64,000 bases of DNA from Zootoca vivipara (Eukaryota): positions 23,436,001-23,500,000 of the forward strand of contig NC_083276.1 in the NCBI RefSeq assembly GCF_963506605.1, given 5' to 3'. The position numbers and the translations under genes are program-made. Below are positions 63,283-64,000 of the stretch, one piece after another; the first letter of the stretch is position 1, and the number at the start of each line of letters is the position of its first letter. The notes under the pieces were generated by a model, which did not search any database, was not told the origin of the DNA, and saw nothing but the letters and a program-made list of their open reading frames with translations.

Positions 63283-63784
63283 TGTGACAGTTACCTATGT
63301 TTAGTGCTGGTGGGGAAATAGTTAACTGGGAGGTCCAATCAGAACCCAAAGGGGTGGAGTCAGAGGGACTATAAAACCCAGCCCTGAGGGGTAGTAAGGG
63401 AGTTGAGTTGAGTTGGGGAGTTGATGGGGTTCTTGTTGAGAGAGGAGAGTGAGGGAGTTAGAGAGTCTGTGGGCAGGCTGAGTTAGTGAGGAGAAATAAG
63501 GGGAGTTTGGAACAGCTAATTGCTAGGAAGGTGTAGGTCGATATAGGAATAGGAAGGTATAGGCCGGTATAGGAAACAATTGTATTTGAAACTGAAGACC
63601 TTTATTGCAACCACAAGCTTGTTAAACTGCAAACTAATAAACAACATTTTGGGTTCCAATTTTAACCCTGACTGGACTCAGTATTGTACCAGTTAGAAAC
63701 TGGTTGGTGGCAGCGGAAGAACTCAGTGGTGGCACAGGGATCAACAGGCGGTGAAACGTCCGGGGACCCTGTGTGATCGCCACA
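63283..63784 (+). mobile_element. Solo LTR (Gypsy/ERV type), 502 bp
   Basis: TGTG...CACA termini; 5-bp TSD GTGGC (63278-82, 63785-89); CCAAT 63335, TATAAAA 63370, AATAAA 63636. Confidence 0.9.
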
Positions 63785-64000
63785 GTGGCTAGCCAGTGTT
63801 TCAAGCAGGGGTCTCTCCCAGTCCTACCGGAAGGTGATGGGGATTGGGATCTTTTGCATGCAAAGCAGATGCTCTAATACAGATGCCCTGGCCCTTCTTA
63901 TCCCTTGCTGAGGCTTAGCAGTGCCTGGATGGGAGACCATGTGACGGAAAAGTTTGTTTACTGAGCAGGTTGAGTCACCTGAGTGTCCCCCCTCCCCAGG

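Noticed and set aside
63912-63940. 5S rRNA-like motif GTGCCTGGATGGGAGA (also ~13354)
   Set aside because: Too short to call a 5S gene or 5S-derived SINE with confidence
62180-64000. Search for SPATA7 exon 3 (and for PTPN21 exon 4 in 1-2836)
   Set aside because: No matching peptide with splice sites found; presumably outside the window

Overview
Vertebrate genomic DNA from a squamate reptile. The repeat set (Sauria SINE, Squam3-type SINE, BovB, L2/CR1, TA- and 8-bp-TSD MITEs) suggests a lacertid lizard such as Podarcis; this is inference. Two genes lie tail-to-tail, as they do in mammals. PTPN21 (FERM + PTP tyrosine phosphatase) is on the + strand: 15 coding exons at 2837-25401, probably exons 5-19, with a ~4.6 kb 3'UTR. 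SPATA7 (ciliary protein) is on the - strand: 9 coding exons at 62178-34362, probably exons 4-12. All exon phases chain into open frames with GT-AG introns. Exon numbering and human comparisons are from memory of the orthologs. The introns are dense with mobile elements. The most notable non-genic items are: (1) a Penelope-type inverted-repeat insertion carrying an intact minimal hammerhead ribozyme on the SPATA7 sense strand; (2) a non-autonomous Helitron carrying a CpG-rich 120-bp minisatellite and a cryptic exon; (3) a 1.2-kb L1-derived non-autonomous element next to a SPATA7 splice donor; (4) a solo LTR with an internal tRNA-Leu PBS-like motif; (5) an unidentified, decayed glycoprotein-like coding fragment between the two genes. 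There are three N gaps.
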